A DNA stretch of 64,000 bases from Octopus vulgaris (Eukaryota). Under the pieces are notes generated by a model. That model made no database searches. It saw only the letters and a program-made list of their open reading frames with translations, and was not told the origin of the DNA. How positions within the stretch are numbered: the first letter of the stretch is position 1; each line of letters begins with the position of its first letter. A program made the translations under genes and the position numbers. The stretch is from positions 115,754,001 to 115,818,000 of the forward strand of contig OX597821.1 of the NCBI GenBank assembly GCA_951406725.2. The letters are read 5' to 3'. Of the stretch, positions 40,240 through 52,583 are shown one piece after another.

Positions 40240-40645
40240 TATTGTTTTACTTGTCTCAGTCATTTGACTACGACCATGCTGGGCCACCGCCTTGAATGAT
40301 TTTTAGTCGAACACATCAAACTCGGGACTCTTTTTTTAAACCCTAGTACTTAGTCTAACGTCCCTATCACCGAACCGCTAAATTACGGGGACGTAAACAC
40401 ACCAACACCGATTGTCAAGCTGTGGTGGGCGGATAAACACAGACACAAAGACACGCACACACGCACACGATCACTCTCTCACACACACACACGACAGGCT
40501 TCTTTCAGTTCCCGTCTACCAAATCCACACACAAGGCATTGGTCGGTCCGAGGCTATAGAAGACAATTGCCCAACGTGTCACGCAGTGGGACTGAACCCA
40601 GAACCATGTGGTTGAGAAGCAAACTTCTTACTACACAGCCACGTA
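40240..40645 (-). mobile_element. SINE family A
   Basis: Reverse-complement match. Confidence 0.85.
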
Positions 40646-40889
40646 TGTGCCTATGTCTAAATTTACTTTTATAAATAACGGCAGAGTGGGGACCATCGAT
40701 ATTCAAGCAGCGCAGTCACACACAAATTACTGTCACATACGATTACAAAATATATTCGTTGCCACAGACATGACGTAGAAGGGGCTACTCCGTGTCTAGC
40801 TTCAACTATCTTTGCCCTGGCGGCATCGATGAAAACCCTCGTTGATTTACTAGTGACATTTGTGGCTTGAATTTTAAGTTCAAACAGTT

Positions 40890-41105
40890 ATATCTTTAAC
40901 AACGACATCTGCTTGCTCTGCTTGTCACCCTTGCTCAATGAGTGGATGACAACCTTCAAGATGTTGTCAGTGACAGGAACAGACATATTGAAGTGGGCGA
41001 CCAGCGAATCTTCTGAGATGTACGAGAAACAACTCAACTCGTCCAGACATTTTGCATACCGGTGGTGGGCTTCAAGATGGTCAATATGCCTTCTAAATAA
41101 CTAAG
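40890..41105 (-). mobile_element. Decayed RTE-like LINE fragment
   Basis: Minus-strand 'LFRRHIDHLEAHH...CL' resembles the RTE post-RT motif YRRHI..LE.FH.RCL. Confidence 0.4.
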
Positions 41106-41149
<44 letters not shown>

Positions 41150-41189
41150 TTACACACACACACACACACATACACACATATGTATATAT

Positions 41190-41361
41190 AGGCGTAGGAG
41201 TGGCTGTGTGGTAAGTAGCTTGCTTACCAACCATATGGTTCCGGGTTCAGTCCCACTGCGTGGCACCTTGGGCAAGTGTCATCTATTATAGCCTCGGGCC
41301 GACCAAAGCCTTGTGAGTAGATTTGGTAGATGGAAACTGAAAGAAGCCTGTCGTATATATG

Positions 41362-41392
<31 letters not shown>

Positions 41393-41605
41393 ATATGTTT
41401 GTGTGTCTGTGTTTGTCCCCCCACCCAACATCGCTTGACAACCGATGCTGGTGTGTTTACGTCCCGTCACTTAGCGGTTCGGCCAAAGAGACCGATAGAA
41501 TAAGTACTGGACTTACAAAGAATAAGTCCTGGGGGCGATTTGTTCGACTAAAGGCGGTGCTCCAGCATGGCCACAGTCAAATGACTGAATCAAGTAAAAG
41601 AGTAA
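41190..41605 (+). mobile_element. SINE family A, full length (dominant tRNA-derived SINE with internal microsatellite)
   Basis: A-box-like TGGCTGTGTGG, B-box-like GGTTCAGTCCC, CCTTGGGCAAG, internal (TA/TG)n, tail GGCGGTGCTCCAGCATGGCC...GACTGAA. About 20 full or partial copies in the window. Confidence 0.88.
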
Positions 41606-42231
41606 AAAAAAAAAAAGAATATATATGTATAAACTTACTTGGAAATGGATGCCTGGCGTTCAATTAAATAATGATATAAATAATATATATATGTGTGTGT
41701 ATAATATATATATGTACATACATACACACACACACACACACACATATATATAGTAGTGGTTCAAGGCACTAATGTTTACTGGAAATAGCAGTTGATGCAT
41801 ATACGACGCTATAGTAAAGCTTCAATGTGTATATAATGGCAAAGACATTTGAGGGCAGCGAACATAAAATTTTTTGTCTTACCTCTAGGAAGAACATTAG
41901 ATAAATGGGCAACCCAGAATCGGATAATCTAGCACCTAGGTTTCGGACTCTTCATATACGTTTGTTATCGTAAATTTGATTAGTCTTCTTCAGCTAGATT
42001 TACCTGGACAATATTTCAAATGTTGCTATATCAATGCCAGTATACTCACCTGAACGCCTAGCCGTTAACAGACTGAGAACAACGAAAAATTTTCTTTGCC
42101 AGTATGTACACAATAAAGCTTTACTACTATTTCCAGTAAACATTGGTGCCTTGTATCACTACTCAATATTTATACTTCTACCTTTACGGTGCTTTATTTT
42201 ATCCGAAAGCAATACATTTGTATTGCAATAT

Positions 42232-42314
<83 letters not shown>

Positions 42315-42465
42315 AGAGTTTAAAAAAAAACAAAAGACGAAGACAGTTGGTGTACAAAACAAACAGATGTATTAGTATAACGCTCAGGAATAGAAAAAGT
42401 CTTTTACGTTTCGAGCCTACGCTCTTCTACAGAAAGGGACACAGAAAAAACAAGGAGAGAAACAA

Positions 42466-42507
<42 letters not shown>

Positions 42508-42949
42508 ATAAAAATGGTACTCATAGAAATCAGCACACAGGATAAGGACATAATCTTCCATGCTAGAAAGACTTTACTTTTCAGCGAGAACGCAGAGACA
42601 CCAACGGCAGTGGAAAGTGCGGTCTATGTAATATGGAAAGATGGCTCATCTGGAAAAGTAGCTTAGACCCCGCTACATGTCTGAATTCAAGAACTGAACT
42701 TTTCGGATCATGCCCATATGTGGCGAAATATTTGTTACGTTTTTGGTCCCCCCGAAACTACAGATAGAACTTGCTTTCTATATTGTGTTCACGCACAAGC
42801 CTTTTATCTCTTTATACCTTTTATTTAATTTATATTTCTTATATATATTTTTTATTTTGTTTATATTTTTTATACATATATTTCTTACATATTTATAGAG
42901 ATATTGGTTTATAGGTTTATTGTTTATGTATCTTCTACACATAATTTTT

Positions 42950-43450
42950 CTGTATTCTACCTTCCACCTTGTATTTTTCCCTGTGCGTATATAGATGTGT
43001 ATATGGAATCTTTTGTGCGCGTGTGTGAATGTGTGCGTGTGTGCGGGTATGTGCGTATATAGATGTGTGCGTGTGTGCGTGCATGCGAGTACTGCGTATA
43101 TAGACGTATTTTACTCAGTATTTCTACACATTTTCCTGTATTTTTGCCCTTAGTCCTGTTTTTCTTGTGTATGTGCGCATATAGATGTATGTATGATCCT
43201 TTTGTGCGTGCATGTGTGGGTGTGTAGATGCGTGCGGGTATGTGTGTATATAGGCGTGTGTGTGCGCGTGCATAAGGGTATGTGCATATAAAGACGTGGT
43301 TTACTCTTTGTATACTCCCTTGTGCTTTTTTCTGTATTGTTACCCATAACCCTGTTTTTTCTTGTACTTGTGCGTATATAGACGTGTGTATGAACCTTTA
43401 TGGTGCGCGTGCATGTGTGTGGGTTTGTATGTATATACATATACAGTTGG
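42950..43450 (+). repeat. Degenerate tandem repeat of about 190-bp units (3 units)
   Basis: Recurring CCTGT.TTTT...TGTGCGTATATAGA.GT.TGTATG....TTT..GTGCG.G at about 42970, 43155 and 43350. Confidence 0.65.
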
Positions 43451-43717
43451 CGAAGGATGAGAGTGAGGATGTGTACGTTTTCAAGTGAGGGTGGATGAAT
43501 GTATACTTTTAGGCAGACGACTGAGGGTGTGCGGGCGCACATGTGTAGGTATGAACAGGCGCGCTTACGCGAATACTATGAGCTTTTTACCCCCTTACTT
43601 TACTCCCTTCGCTTACTTAGCGGTCATTCGAATAGCTTTTTTGTCTTAATAACGGTCAATCACACAGTAATTTCCCTTTGTATAACGGCCATTTTTCATA
43701 GCATTTTTCCGATGACC

Positions 43718-43778
43718 GATAACTGAAGAGATGGCGGCGTGGTTTTTCATCTCGGCATCCGAAACTCAGAGTTTTATC
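43718..43778 (+). ncRNA. Type I hammerhead ribozyme fold in a Penelope 3'/pseudo-LTR region
   Basis: GATAA-CTGAAGA-[GATGgCG...CGgCATC,C]-GAAA-CTC-A-GAG-T-T-TTATC. Both core boxes are present, helix I is GATAA/TTATC, helix III is the near-palindrome ACTCAGAGT, and the cleavage triplet is GUU (cut after 43773). Confidence 0.65.
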
Positions 43779-43813
43779 ATGGCTTCCGAATAATTGTCAC
43801 ATATTACATTTAC

Positions 43814-43879
<66 letters not shown>

Positions 43880-43885
43880 ATATAT

Positions 43886-44577
43886 ACATCTAAGATAGGA
43901 TAAAATTTTTCGAAAAAAGCCAGCATCACTTATAAAACAAGGGCAAAAGAAAACAATTCTAATGCCAAATATGCCGAAAATAGACAAATTGTCAATAACC
44001 ATTATAATTTATCACTATTAACATGCGTCTCGAAACTAGCCGACAGAAATTTCTAAAAAATTCCGCATATTTGGTATTAGAATTTTTTTCTTTTGCCCTT
44101 GTTTTATCAGTTATTTATAAATTTAACCTTTAAAAGTATTTTTAATATGCTGGCCATTGATGAAATTTTTTTCGAAAAATTTTAATCCTATCTTAGATGT
44201 GTTCACTTCCGGACTCTCTCACTCTGTGAAAGTTTCTAGTTCGAATCGCACGTGTCTCGAGATATGCTGAAGATTTTCTATTTTAGATATATTTGGGGTA
44301 CTTAGGTCTGCTCATGACTTAGTGCTTGCTTTTTCCATGGGTATGAGTAAGTATTTCATTTATGTCTTACGTATTTATCGCTGACGAGGAGAAAATTCTT
44401 TTGAATTAACTCAGAAATTGGGACCAATACGGTAACAACGGATTTTTAAAGAAATTTCTCTCGGCTAGTTTCGAGACGCATGTTAATAGTGATAAATTAT
44501 AATGGTTATTGACAATTTGTCTATTTTCGGCATATTTGGCATTAGAATTGTTTTCTTTTGCCCTTGATTTATAAGTT
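43886..44577. repeat. Compound inverted repeat
   Basis: 43886-43973 is inverted at 44065-44200 (with an insertion); 43928-44065 is inverted at 44439-44577. Confidence 0.88.
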
Positions 44578-45169
44578 ATATATATATAGGCACAGGACGT
44601 CACCAACTATGTAAATAACATGAAGTACGAAAATAAACGAGTTAAATACGCAAACAACGGGAGAAAAGAATAGAAAACAGGACAAGTAACACGGAGAACG
44701 ACCCTTCATCAGTTGTCGGCTGTCTATCTACCCCTCATTTTGAGCACTGAACGACAATATGAAGGCGCATCATCCGTCTCTGATCGGCAGAGTAACGTGC
44801 AATATCCTTTTGGATCGATCTCTTAGCCACATCTGCCCCTTAACATTCGTCCTACGTCTGAGTCTATGCTTAATAAGGCGGGTTAATCTTCCTCTAATTC
44901 TGTATACCAGTTTCTTGTCCTCGGAGTGTTGATCGACGGAAAAATTCTTTTCGTATCTATGTTTCTCCTTATTCTTTTTCTCTCCTTACTTTATTTATTT
45001 ACTATTATTTTATTTTATTTTGAGAAATTTGATGACAAAACTTCGATCCTTTATTTGAATTGGTATAATTTCCTTCGGCTATAAGTTTGTTTCTAGTGTT
45101 GTCGTATTTTGTAAGCTCCATTTTTGTACTTTCTAATGTGCGCTTCACCCTGTTATTAATTCTGGGTTG

Positions 45170-45795
45170 AAGGCAGTGAGCTGGTAGAATCGCAAGTACA
45201 CGGAGAAAATGTTTCGTCTGCCTTTTCGTCCGTCTTTATGTTCTGAGTTCAAATTCTACCGAGGTCGACTATGCCTTTCATCCTTTCGGGGGCTATAAAA
45301 TAAGTATCCAGTTGAGTGCTGAGGTCGATGTAACCGACTTAGTCCTTTCTTGAACTTGCTGGCCTTGTGCCAAATTTTGAAATCATTATTAATCCTGGTT
45401 GAATCATACGGCTTCTATTCGTTTGTTTTTTGTTTTTTTGTTTTTGTAATTTCAGTGTAGATGGAACAGAATCGGTTTGGTGTTAATGTGAACCGTCCTC
45501 CACGAGTTTCCCTATCGTCAACTGCTAGGAACATTTGCAATGCATTCTTTATATAACGTAATGGTCAATTAATTTTACACAATAATAAGGAAAGAATATT
45601 TTGAAACTAACGCGTTTTCCGGCTCTCTACATTTTGAGTTTAAATTTTGCTGCAGTCGATTTTTTCGTTTTATCCAAAGAGTCAATGAAATAAGTGGCAT
45701 TTGAGCATTGGGGGAAATGTTATCGAGTAATCCACTAACACTAAAATAGCTGGCCTTGTACCAAATATTTGAAGCTATTATTATTATTATTATTA

Positions 45796-45836
<41 letters not shown>

Positions 45837-46541
45837 GAGGAAGGCGGCGAGTTGGCAGAATCTTTAACACGTGGGACAAAGTGCTTAGCGGTATTTCGTC
45901 TGCCGCTACGTTCTGATTTCAAATTCCGCCGAGGTCGACTTTGCCTTCGATAAATTAAGTGCCTTCGATAAATTAAGTGCCAGTGAAACACCGGGGTTAA
46001 TGTAATCGACTTTACTCTTCCTCCAGTTTTCAAGCCTCTTGCCCATAGTAGGAAGGATTCTTCTTCTTCTTCTTCTTCTTCTTCTTCTTCTTCTTCTTCT
46101 TCTTCTTCTTCTTCTTCTTCTTCTTCTTCTTCTTCTTCTTCTTCTTCTTCTTCTTCTTCTTCTTCTTGAGGAAGGCAGCGAACTGGCAGAATCGTTAACA
46201 CACCGGGAAAAGTGCTTAACGGCGTTTCGTCCGTCTTTACGCTCTGAGTTCAAATTCCGTCGAGGTCGACTTTGCCTTTCATCATTTCGGGATCAATAAA
46301 TTAAGTGCCAGTTGAGTACTGGGATCGATGTAAACAACTTAATCCCTCCTCCCCAAATTTCAGACCTTTGCCTACAGTAGAAAGGATTATTATTAATGTT
46401 TTTTTAAAAGAATTCCGCCGAGATCGAATTGCCATTTCATCCTTTCGGGGTCGGTAAATTAAGTATCTGTTGAACACTGGTATCAATATAATCGACTTAC
46501 TCTTCCCTCGAATTTGCTGGCCTTGTGCCAAAATTTGAAGC

Positions 46542-46545
<4 letters not shown>
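45170..46545 (+). mobile_element. Cluster of SINE B copies separated by (ATT)n and (TTC)n tracts
   Basis: Copies at about 45170-45385, 45840-46040, 46170-46385 and 46410-46540. Confidence 0.85.
46058..46167. repeat. (TTC/GAA)n tract
   Basis: About 110 bp, uninterrupted. Confidence 0.97.
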
Positions 46546-46640
<95 letters not shown>

Positions 46641-47047
46641 TATTATTATTATTGTTGTTGTTGTTATTTCATGTTTTGCCTTGATTTCCTGGAAGTGTCA
46701 GTGTGGAATTGGACAAACTGCAGCGAGTCGTCTAGGTCGCAGTTAAATAACATTTGTGTTAGCTTAACAGATAGGATTTGTGAAAGTTGTCCACAGTTTC
46801 AGAGAGCAGACCACAAGCTTTTGACCGACACAGTCAACTTGGGATAGACATATAAATCGGAAGCTGAGTGTGCTTTTCGATTTCGTGGAAAACATCAGCG
46901 AACAAGTCAAGCGGGAACTGACAGGAGACATCACTAACAAGTGATGGGTTGTGAGAAAGACAAAACTAGAGTTCTGATTTAGAATACACTCTTCCTAAAC
47001 AAATTACACGAGAACACAAGCGACGTACACACAAGCGCAATCATCGA

Positions 47048-47109
47048 TCAGACTTCGGTCTCATCCTCCTCCGGTTTCTTATTCTTGCCAAATGAAGAGG
47101 AAGAGGATA
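47048..47109 (-). CDS. Candidate terminal coding exon xSSSSSFGKNKKPEEDETEV* with class I PDZ-binding C-terminus
   Basis: Minus-strand acceptor TTTGCTTTTATTCAG|, a phase-1 open frame ending E-T-E-V-stop, then about 370 bp of unique 3'UTR-like sequence. Gene identity not recognised. Confidence 0.5.
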
Positions 47110-48793
47110 CTGAATAAAAGCAAACTGTAATTGTGATCATTGTGAAACGAGAAAAAATATTAAAGTTCGATGGGATACCAAAGAGCTCACAAACCAGACA
47201 TTCAAACCAGACATCACAAACCAGACATACCAAAGAGCTCACAAACCATTACAATCACTACAGTAACATTCACAAAAACATAAACAACAATAATAAGAAA
47301 ACCGACAATCATAACAGCGAAAGCACCGACGGGAAGATAAACAACGACTAGAAAAAACATATCTGCTACAAAAACAAAAGTAAGACAACAAAAAGTGCAA
47401 CAATAACAATTACCGACCGCAAAGGAAGAATTAGGGACAATGACAATAACATCATCGTAGTGTCACAATCCTCAGCTTCACTGTTCTCTGAAAGGTGAAC
47501 ATTGGATTGATGTTGTCTCTAATACATGACGAAGCAATACTAACGAGTGTGGAGGGCACGGATCAAATCTTCTCAAAGGCCGCAGCTAACAGACTTCTGA
47601 TGAGGGTCTCGCTGGAAATCTACAATACTTACTGTTAAAATTGTCACATTGACGTAGGAAAGGGAGTTCAAAGTGCAAGGAGCCTATGTAGTGTTTCAGG
47701 AACTTTTGAGGAAACTTGGTTATCTCGAATATAGGGTTAATAAGCCGAATAATTTAATCTCGTCCAACTCGGTATAATGCAAACTCTAGCGATTGCTAGG
47801 TTATCTGTTCACGTTAACCATTACTTTATATGACTGATACATGGGGTGAGAAGTGGGATAATAAATTTGACTTCTGTGGAGCTTTAATTTATTTGGATCA
47901 TCCAAAAGTCTGCCTGGTTGACCATCGGTGTCCAGCGTACTCGTTTTTGACCCTGTTTTGGCTCGGACTACTTTTAATGCACAGCGAATTTACTTGATTG
48001 TTCGTCTAAATGGCCAGACCACCTATCAGAACCACATACTCACTCCCTGTTCTAGTGGTATAGCCTCGTGTATGTGTGTGTGTGTGTGTGTGTTGTATGC
48101 TTATGTCTGTGTTTGTCTCCCCACCACTTGACAACTGGGGTTGGTGAGTTTACGTTCCCGTAACATAACGGTTCGGCAAAAGAGACGACAGAATAAATAC
48201 CAGGCTTTAAAAACTATATATATATATAAGTACTGGGGTCGATTCATTCGACTAAAAAATTTTGAAGGTGGTGTTCCAGCATGGTCGCAGTCTAACGGCT
48301 GAACCATGTAGGGGGATAAAGAAAAAAGGGGATAATAAAACAATATCTGATTAAGTACGTTTGAAATTGCCGCTTGTATTGAACTGTTCCGCTGGTGTAT
48401 AAAGCCACAGATGCATTCTGGAGGCGGTGTGCTTTTTGTATGACTGCCAGCACGGCGCTTCTTTTGGTCAGCTTTGTAAATAGTTTTGACTGATAAGAAA
48501 GTAGAACTTTGCAAATTTTTTAGAGTACCTTCCGCTGATATGGGTGATATCATCATCATCATCATCACCATCACACTAATACGGTGCAATCGACCTTTTC
48601 TTATCAGAATGTGGAGGTTTGGGAGCATCTATATGTCTTTTCTAAACAAGTATTTATATCATTAACGTTATCTTTTACTAATTTCAGTCACCTGACTTCG
48701 GCCATGCTGGGGCACCACTTTGAAGGGTTTTAGTCGAAAAATCGCCCCCAGGATTTGTTTGTTCTTCTTTTTTTAAGCCTTGTACTTATTCTA

Positions 48794-48858
<65 letters not shown>

Positions 48859-48884
48859 ATATATATATATATATATATATATAT

Positions 48885-49819
48885 GTTACATTAAAAGTCA
48901 GTTTGAATCTTGCTTGCCGTATAGTGGGAAAATACTATGAATTAAGGTTACCCTGAAATGTTAATATGAACGGAATGAAAACAATTTTCGCGTAAATCGG
49001 TAAAGTGGTTTTCGAGATATTAGAGATTTTCGGGGTATGAATACCCCAAAAAGTGCTCAATGAGAAAATAATCTTCATACTGAAAGGAAAGAAACACTTA
49101 TCTTTCTATTAGACAGTGAATTGACGACGAAAAAATACCATTTTTTTTTACAGTAAATGTTTCTATTTTCGCTTTTGTTAAACACAATGTTTTAATCATT
49201 TAGAATTATTTTTAAGTGAATGTGATTTCAAAAAATGTAAGTTGTTTGTACAGTAAGTATTTATATTTTAGCTTTCTTTAAACAAACAATATTTTAATGT
49301 TTTTTTAAAAATTTTGTTTTCTTTGCAAATGGGAAATTTTCTTTATACTTAAATACATACAGAAGAGTGAGAGATTATAAAATTATTTTCAAGTGAAAAT
49401 CATTACAAAAATTTGTTTTTGCATATCTAAAAAATATTCTGAAGTGAAAATGACTTTAAAAATACAGTAACTATTTCGTAAAAGACCTGTTCGTAACCTC
49501 AGTGTGAAATAGTATTTTTTCTATAGGTTTTTTTCGAGTGCATTCAACGTATGTTACCTTCAAATATTTAACTGCCATTTCTAGTACTCCCTGTTACCAC
49601 GTAACAGCTATTTGCGATAAAAGACCCGAAATACCTGCTACGTGGTAGCAGAGTGTGTAAGAAAGAGCAGCCAAATCTTTCCTTTTCTGGGGAAAGGAGC
49701 CATTTACACGTGATTTCGATGTTACATTCGTTGAAAGCATACGAAGAAAAAAATCACGAAACAAAACTCCGTTGCTGGGAAACTCAGAATTTCCTGGTGA
49801 CCCAACGGGTCACGAGTAG
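48885..49819 (+). mobile_element. Non-autonomous Helitron-like element with internal palindrome
   Basis: 3' hairpin GTGACCC-AAC-GGGTCAC then GAGTAG|T. Related 5' segment at 7348-7700; related body at 21893-23430. Confidence 0.7.
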
Positions 49820-49821
49820 TC

Positions 49822-49853
<32 letters not shown>

Positions 49854-49895
49854 TGTATGTATGTATGTATGTATGTATGTATGTATGTATGTATG

Positions 49896-49944
<49 letters not shown>

Positions 49945-49987
49945 ATACAAAATTATTGCGCTATCAACAGTTTCGATTTGAAACGTC

Positions 49988-50031
<44 letters not shown>

Positions 50032-50035
<4 letters not shown>

Positions 50036-50277
50036 GAACGTTGAAAAGGAACACACGAGTCGATATGTATAAGGAAAAAAGTCAAAGTAGAAAATGCTAA
50101 AATAATTTTATAATAAAAACATTTTAGTACTGGCTTCAGTCATTGAGACTTTTTCAACTTTCAGTGACTGAAACTGGTACTAAAATGTTTATTTATGATA
50201 AAATTATTTTAGCATTTTCTACTTTGGCTTTTTTCCTTATACATATCAACTCGTGTCTTCCTTTTCAACCTTCTACA
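50032..50277. repeat. About 246-bp near-perfect hairpin (arms about 113 bp)
   Basis: TGTAGAA..GAAAAGGAA...TTTTAGTAC..TCAGTCA mirrored by TGACTGA..GTACTAAAA...TTCCTTTTC..TTCTACA. Confidence 0.92.
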
Positions 50278-50307
50278 CACACACACACACATATATATAT
50301 ATGTATA

Positions 50308-50386
<79 letters not shown>

Positions 50387-50455
50387 TATGACTGAGCGCC
50401 CTCGCGTCGATCCGATTCGTTTTCGTTTCGTTTCATCTCCTCCAAGTAAGTTTTG

Positions 50456-50511
<56 letters not shown>

Positions 50512-51817
50512 TTCTATATCTATAAAACAGTCCTTGGACGAAAATTGTACGCACATTTTGCTTTGACGGTTAATGGCAGCGAAACCGAGGCTAGGATCGA
50601 GCTGAAAATTGGCAAGGATACTAAATGTGTGGTAAGGGTGAGACCCACGATGGTCAAAATTCGCAAGCTATAAAGATATGGTTGCTATGGTAAAAAGAGT
50701 GATCTTTTATCGATTGAAGGCGGACCAGAGCAACTCTAGGTTTGTGCGATTGGCTTTTAATGCCCAGCGGCATGCACTGCAGGCTGTTGTGCGTAATAAA
50801 CATATATTTTGTCTCGAAATTCCGGTTACTAGGGAACGATTTTTCATTGTGAAAAAAACGAGTGCTTTTTGCCCTCATTTTCTTTTTAATCTTTTTATAA
50901 AAGTGAAAGGATTTGGCCTATTTATTTCCGCTGTCCACTTACGATGGTGATTCAGTTGACTAGGAAAACTATACGTGATGAATATCCAATCCCAAACTAT
51001 TTTAATCTACATATTGAAACTGCATTAAACTTTGATAAGCTTGCCTTTACCTATTCTGAGTTACTCGAAAGGTGATGTTCCCTCCCCTCTCTTCTGATTG
51101 TTGATCCCCTTTTTTTTTTTTTACCTTTGATACCATTGTTTCACTTTAAGGATGCTTCTTTACCCAGGCATTATGATATTTCGACTGCTGTCCATTGTTT
51201 CAAATAGGTTTTAGCATTGTCATTCTAGCTTTTTTAAACACTCACATGATTCGTCCCAAAGAATCAACCTTTAAATAAGAGTTTTGCTTCCACTAGCGAA
51301 AGCTATACGTATCTTTCAGGAAGTTCCATACCAATTTAACTTTATGCAGCATTCGCTGTTAGTTTATGTGCACGCTATGTGGGAAGATAGAATAACGGGG
51401 CTTTTGTTAGCTTTTCTCTCCGAAAAAAATAGCTCCCTTTGCTGTTGAAAAAAATAAACTCGCAGAGAGGAAGTTTCAACATCTTCCTTCAATTTCCTTA
51501 CACCATTTATTTGGCTGTTTCTGACAAGAAATTTCGCTTTTATGTAAAACAACTATATTTTGTAGTCATTATCCGTAATCTACTCCCAAAACACTTTAGT
51601 AGCTCTACTTTACATCGCTTGCAAACTTATATGTTCTATGATAATCAAAGTGCAACGACCTCCACAATAACCAGCCTTCAATTTGATTTTCCGTTCCTAG
51701 GTTAATCGGAAACAGATTGCCATGCTACACATAAACCTTCTCAATAGTTCAATTATTTGGTGAAAAAAATACCACGAAAGCAACTTCAACCATCCAAAGG
51801 ACGGGTGCGTTTGCTAG
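50512..51817 (+). mobile_element. Non-autonomous Helitron
   Basis: 5' TCTATATCTATAAA; 3' imperfect hairpin (ACCATCC-AAA-GGACGGGT) followed by CTAG|T. Confidence 0.7.
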
Positions 51818-51829
51818 TATATATATATA

Positions 51830-52063
51830 GGGAGAGTTTACGAAAAAAAAAAAAACGCAAGACGAAGACAGGTGGTGTACAAAACAAACAGATGTATTAG
51901 TATAACGCTCAGGAATAGAAAAAGTATTTTACGTTTCGAGCCTACGCTCTTCTACAGAAAAGGACACAGAAAAAACAAGGAGAGAAACATGGAGAGAAAA
52001 AAACAAGGAGAGAAACACGGAGAGAAAAAAATGTGTGTAGTGGCTAACGATCTATCATGGCGA

Positions 52064-52065
<2 letters not shown>
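51830..52065 (-). mobile_element. Penelope-like pseudo-LTR fragment in (TA)n; copies at 42312-42467 (-) and 12100-12270 (+)
   Basis: Three similar copies flanked by TA repeats, carrying a degenerate hammerhead-like core (TAGAAGA-GCGTAGGCTC-GAAAC). Confidence 0.55.
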
Positions 52066-52101
<36 letters not shown>

Positions 52102-52105
52102 AGCT

Positions 52106-52583
52106 CAGTGGTTTCCAACTAGTTTTTGCCTATGGACCCCTTTGATACCCGTTTCACTCGGATGGAGCACCATTGCCATTTGATGTTTTAAGAATCCCTT
52201 TATATTTCTGTAATTAAATATTACTATGAATTATTTTTTTTAAATTGTAAAAATATTTTGTATATTGTAGAAGCATAACAATTTTATTGCTCAAAATTTC
52301 AACAAAATCTCAAATAAAACTGCTGGGCATTAAAAGCCAATCGCACAAACCTAGAGTTGCTCTGGTCCGCCTTCAATCGATAAAAGATCACTCTTTTTAC
52401 CATAGCAACCATATCTTTATAGCTTGCGAATTTTGACCATCGTGGGTCTCATCCTTACCACACATTTAGTATCCCTGCCAATTTTCAGCTCGATCCTAGC
52501 CTCGGTTTCGCTGCCATTAACCGTCAAAGCAAAATGTGCGTACAATTTTCAAGGGTTTTATGGACCCCGGTTAGGAAGCACTG
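52106..52583. mobile_element. hAT-type MITE carrying a foreign 229-bp insert
   Basis: CAGTGGTTTCCAAC ... GGTTAGGAAGCACTG termini; flanks TACCAGCT / CTCCAGCT. Confidence 0.75.

Larger units (their letters stand above)
42515..43800 (+). mobile_element. Internally deleted Penelope-like retroelement
   Basis: 'EISTQDKDIIFHARKTLLFSEN' (Penelope RT-like) is joined to 'NGSGKCGLCNME' and 'LNSRTELFGSCP..KYLL' (GIY-YIG C-terminus-like), followed by a tandem-repeat 3' region and the hammerhead. Confidence 0.7.

Noticed and set aside
45575-46299. Poly-E / poly-R / poly-L proteins
   Set aside because: Frames of a (TTC)n tract between SINE copies.
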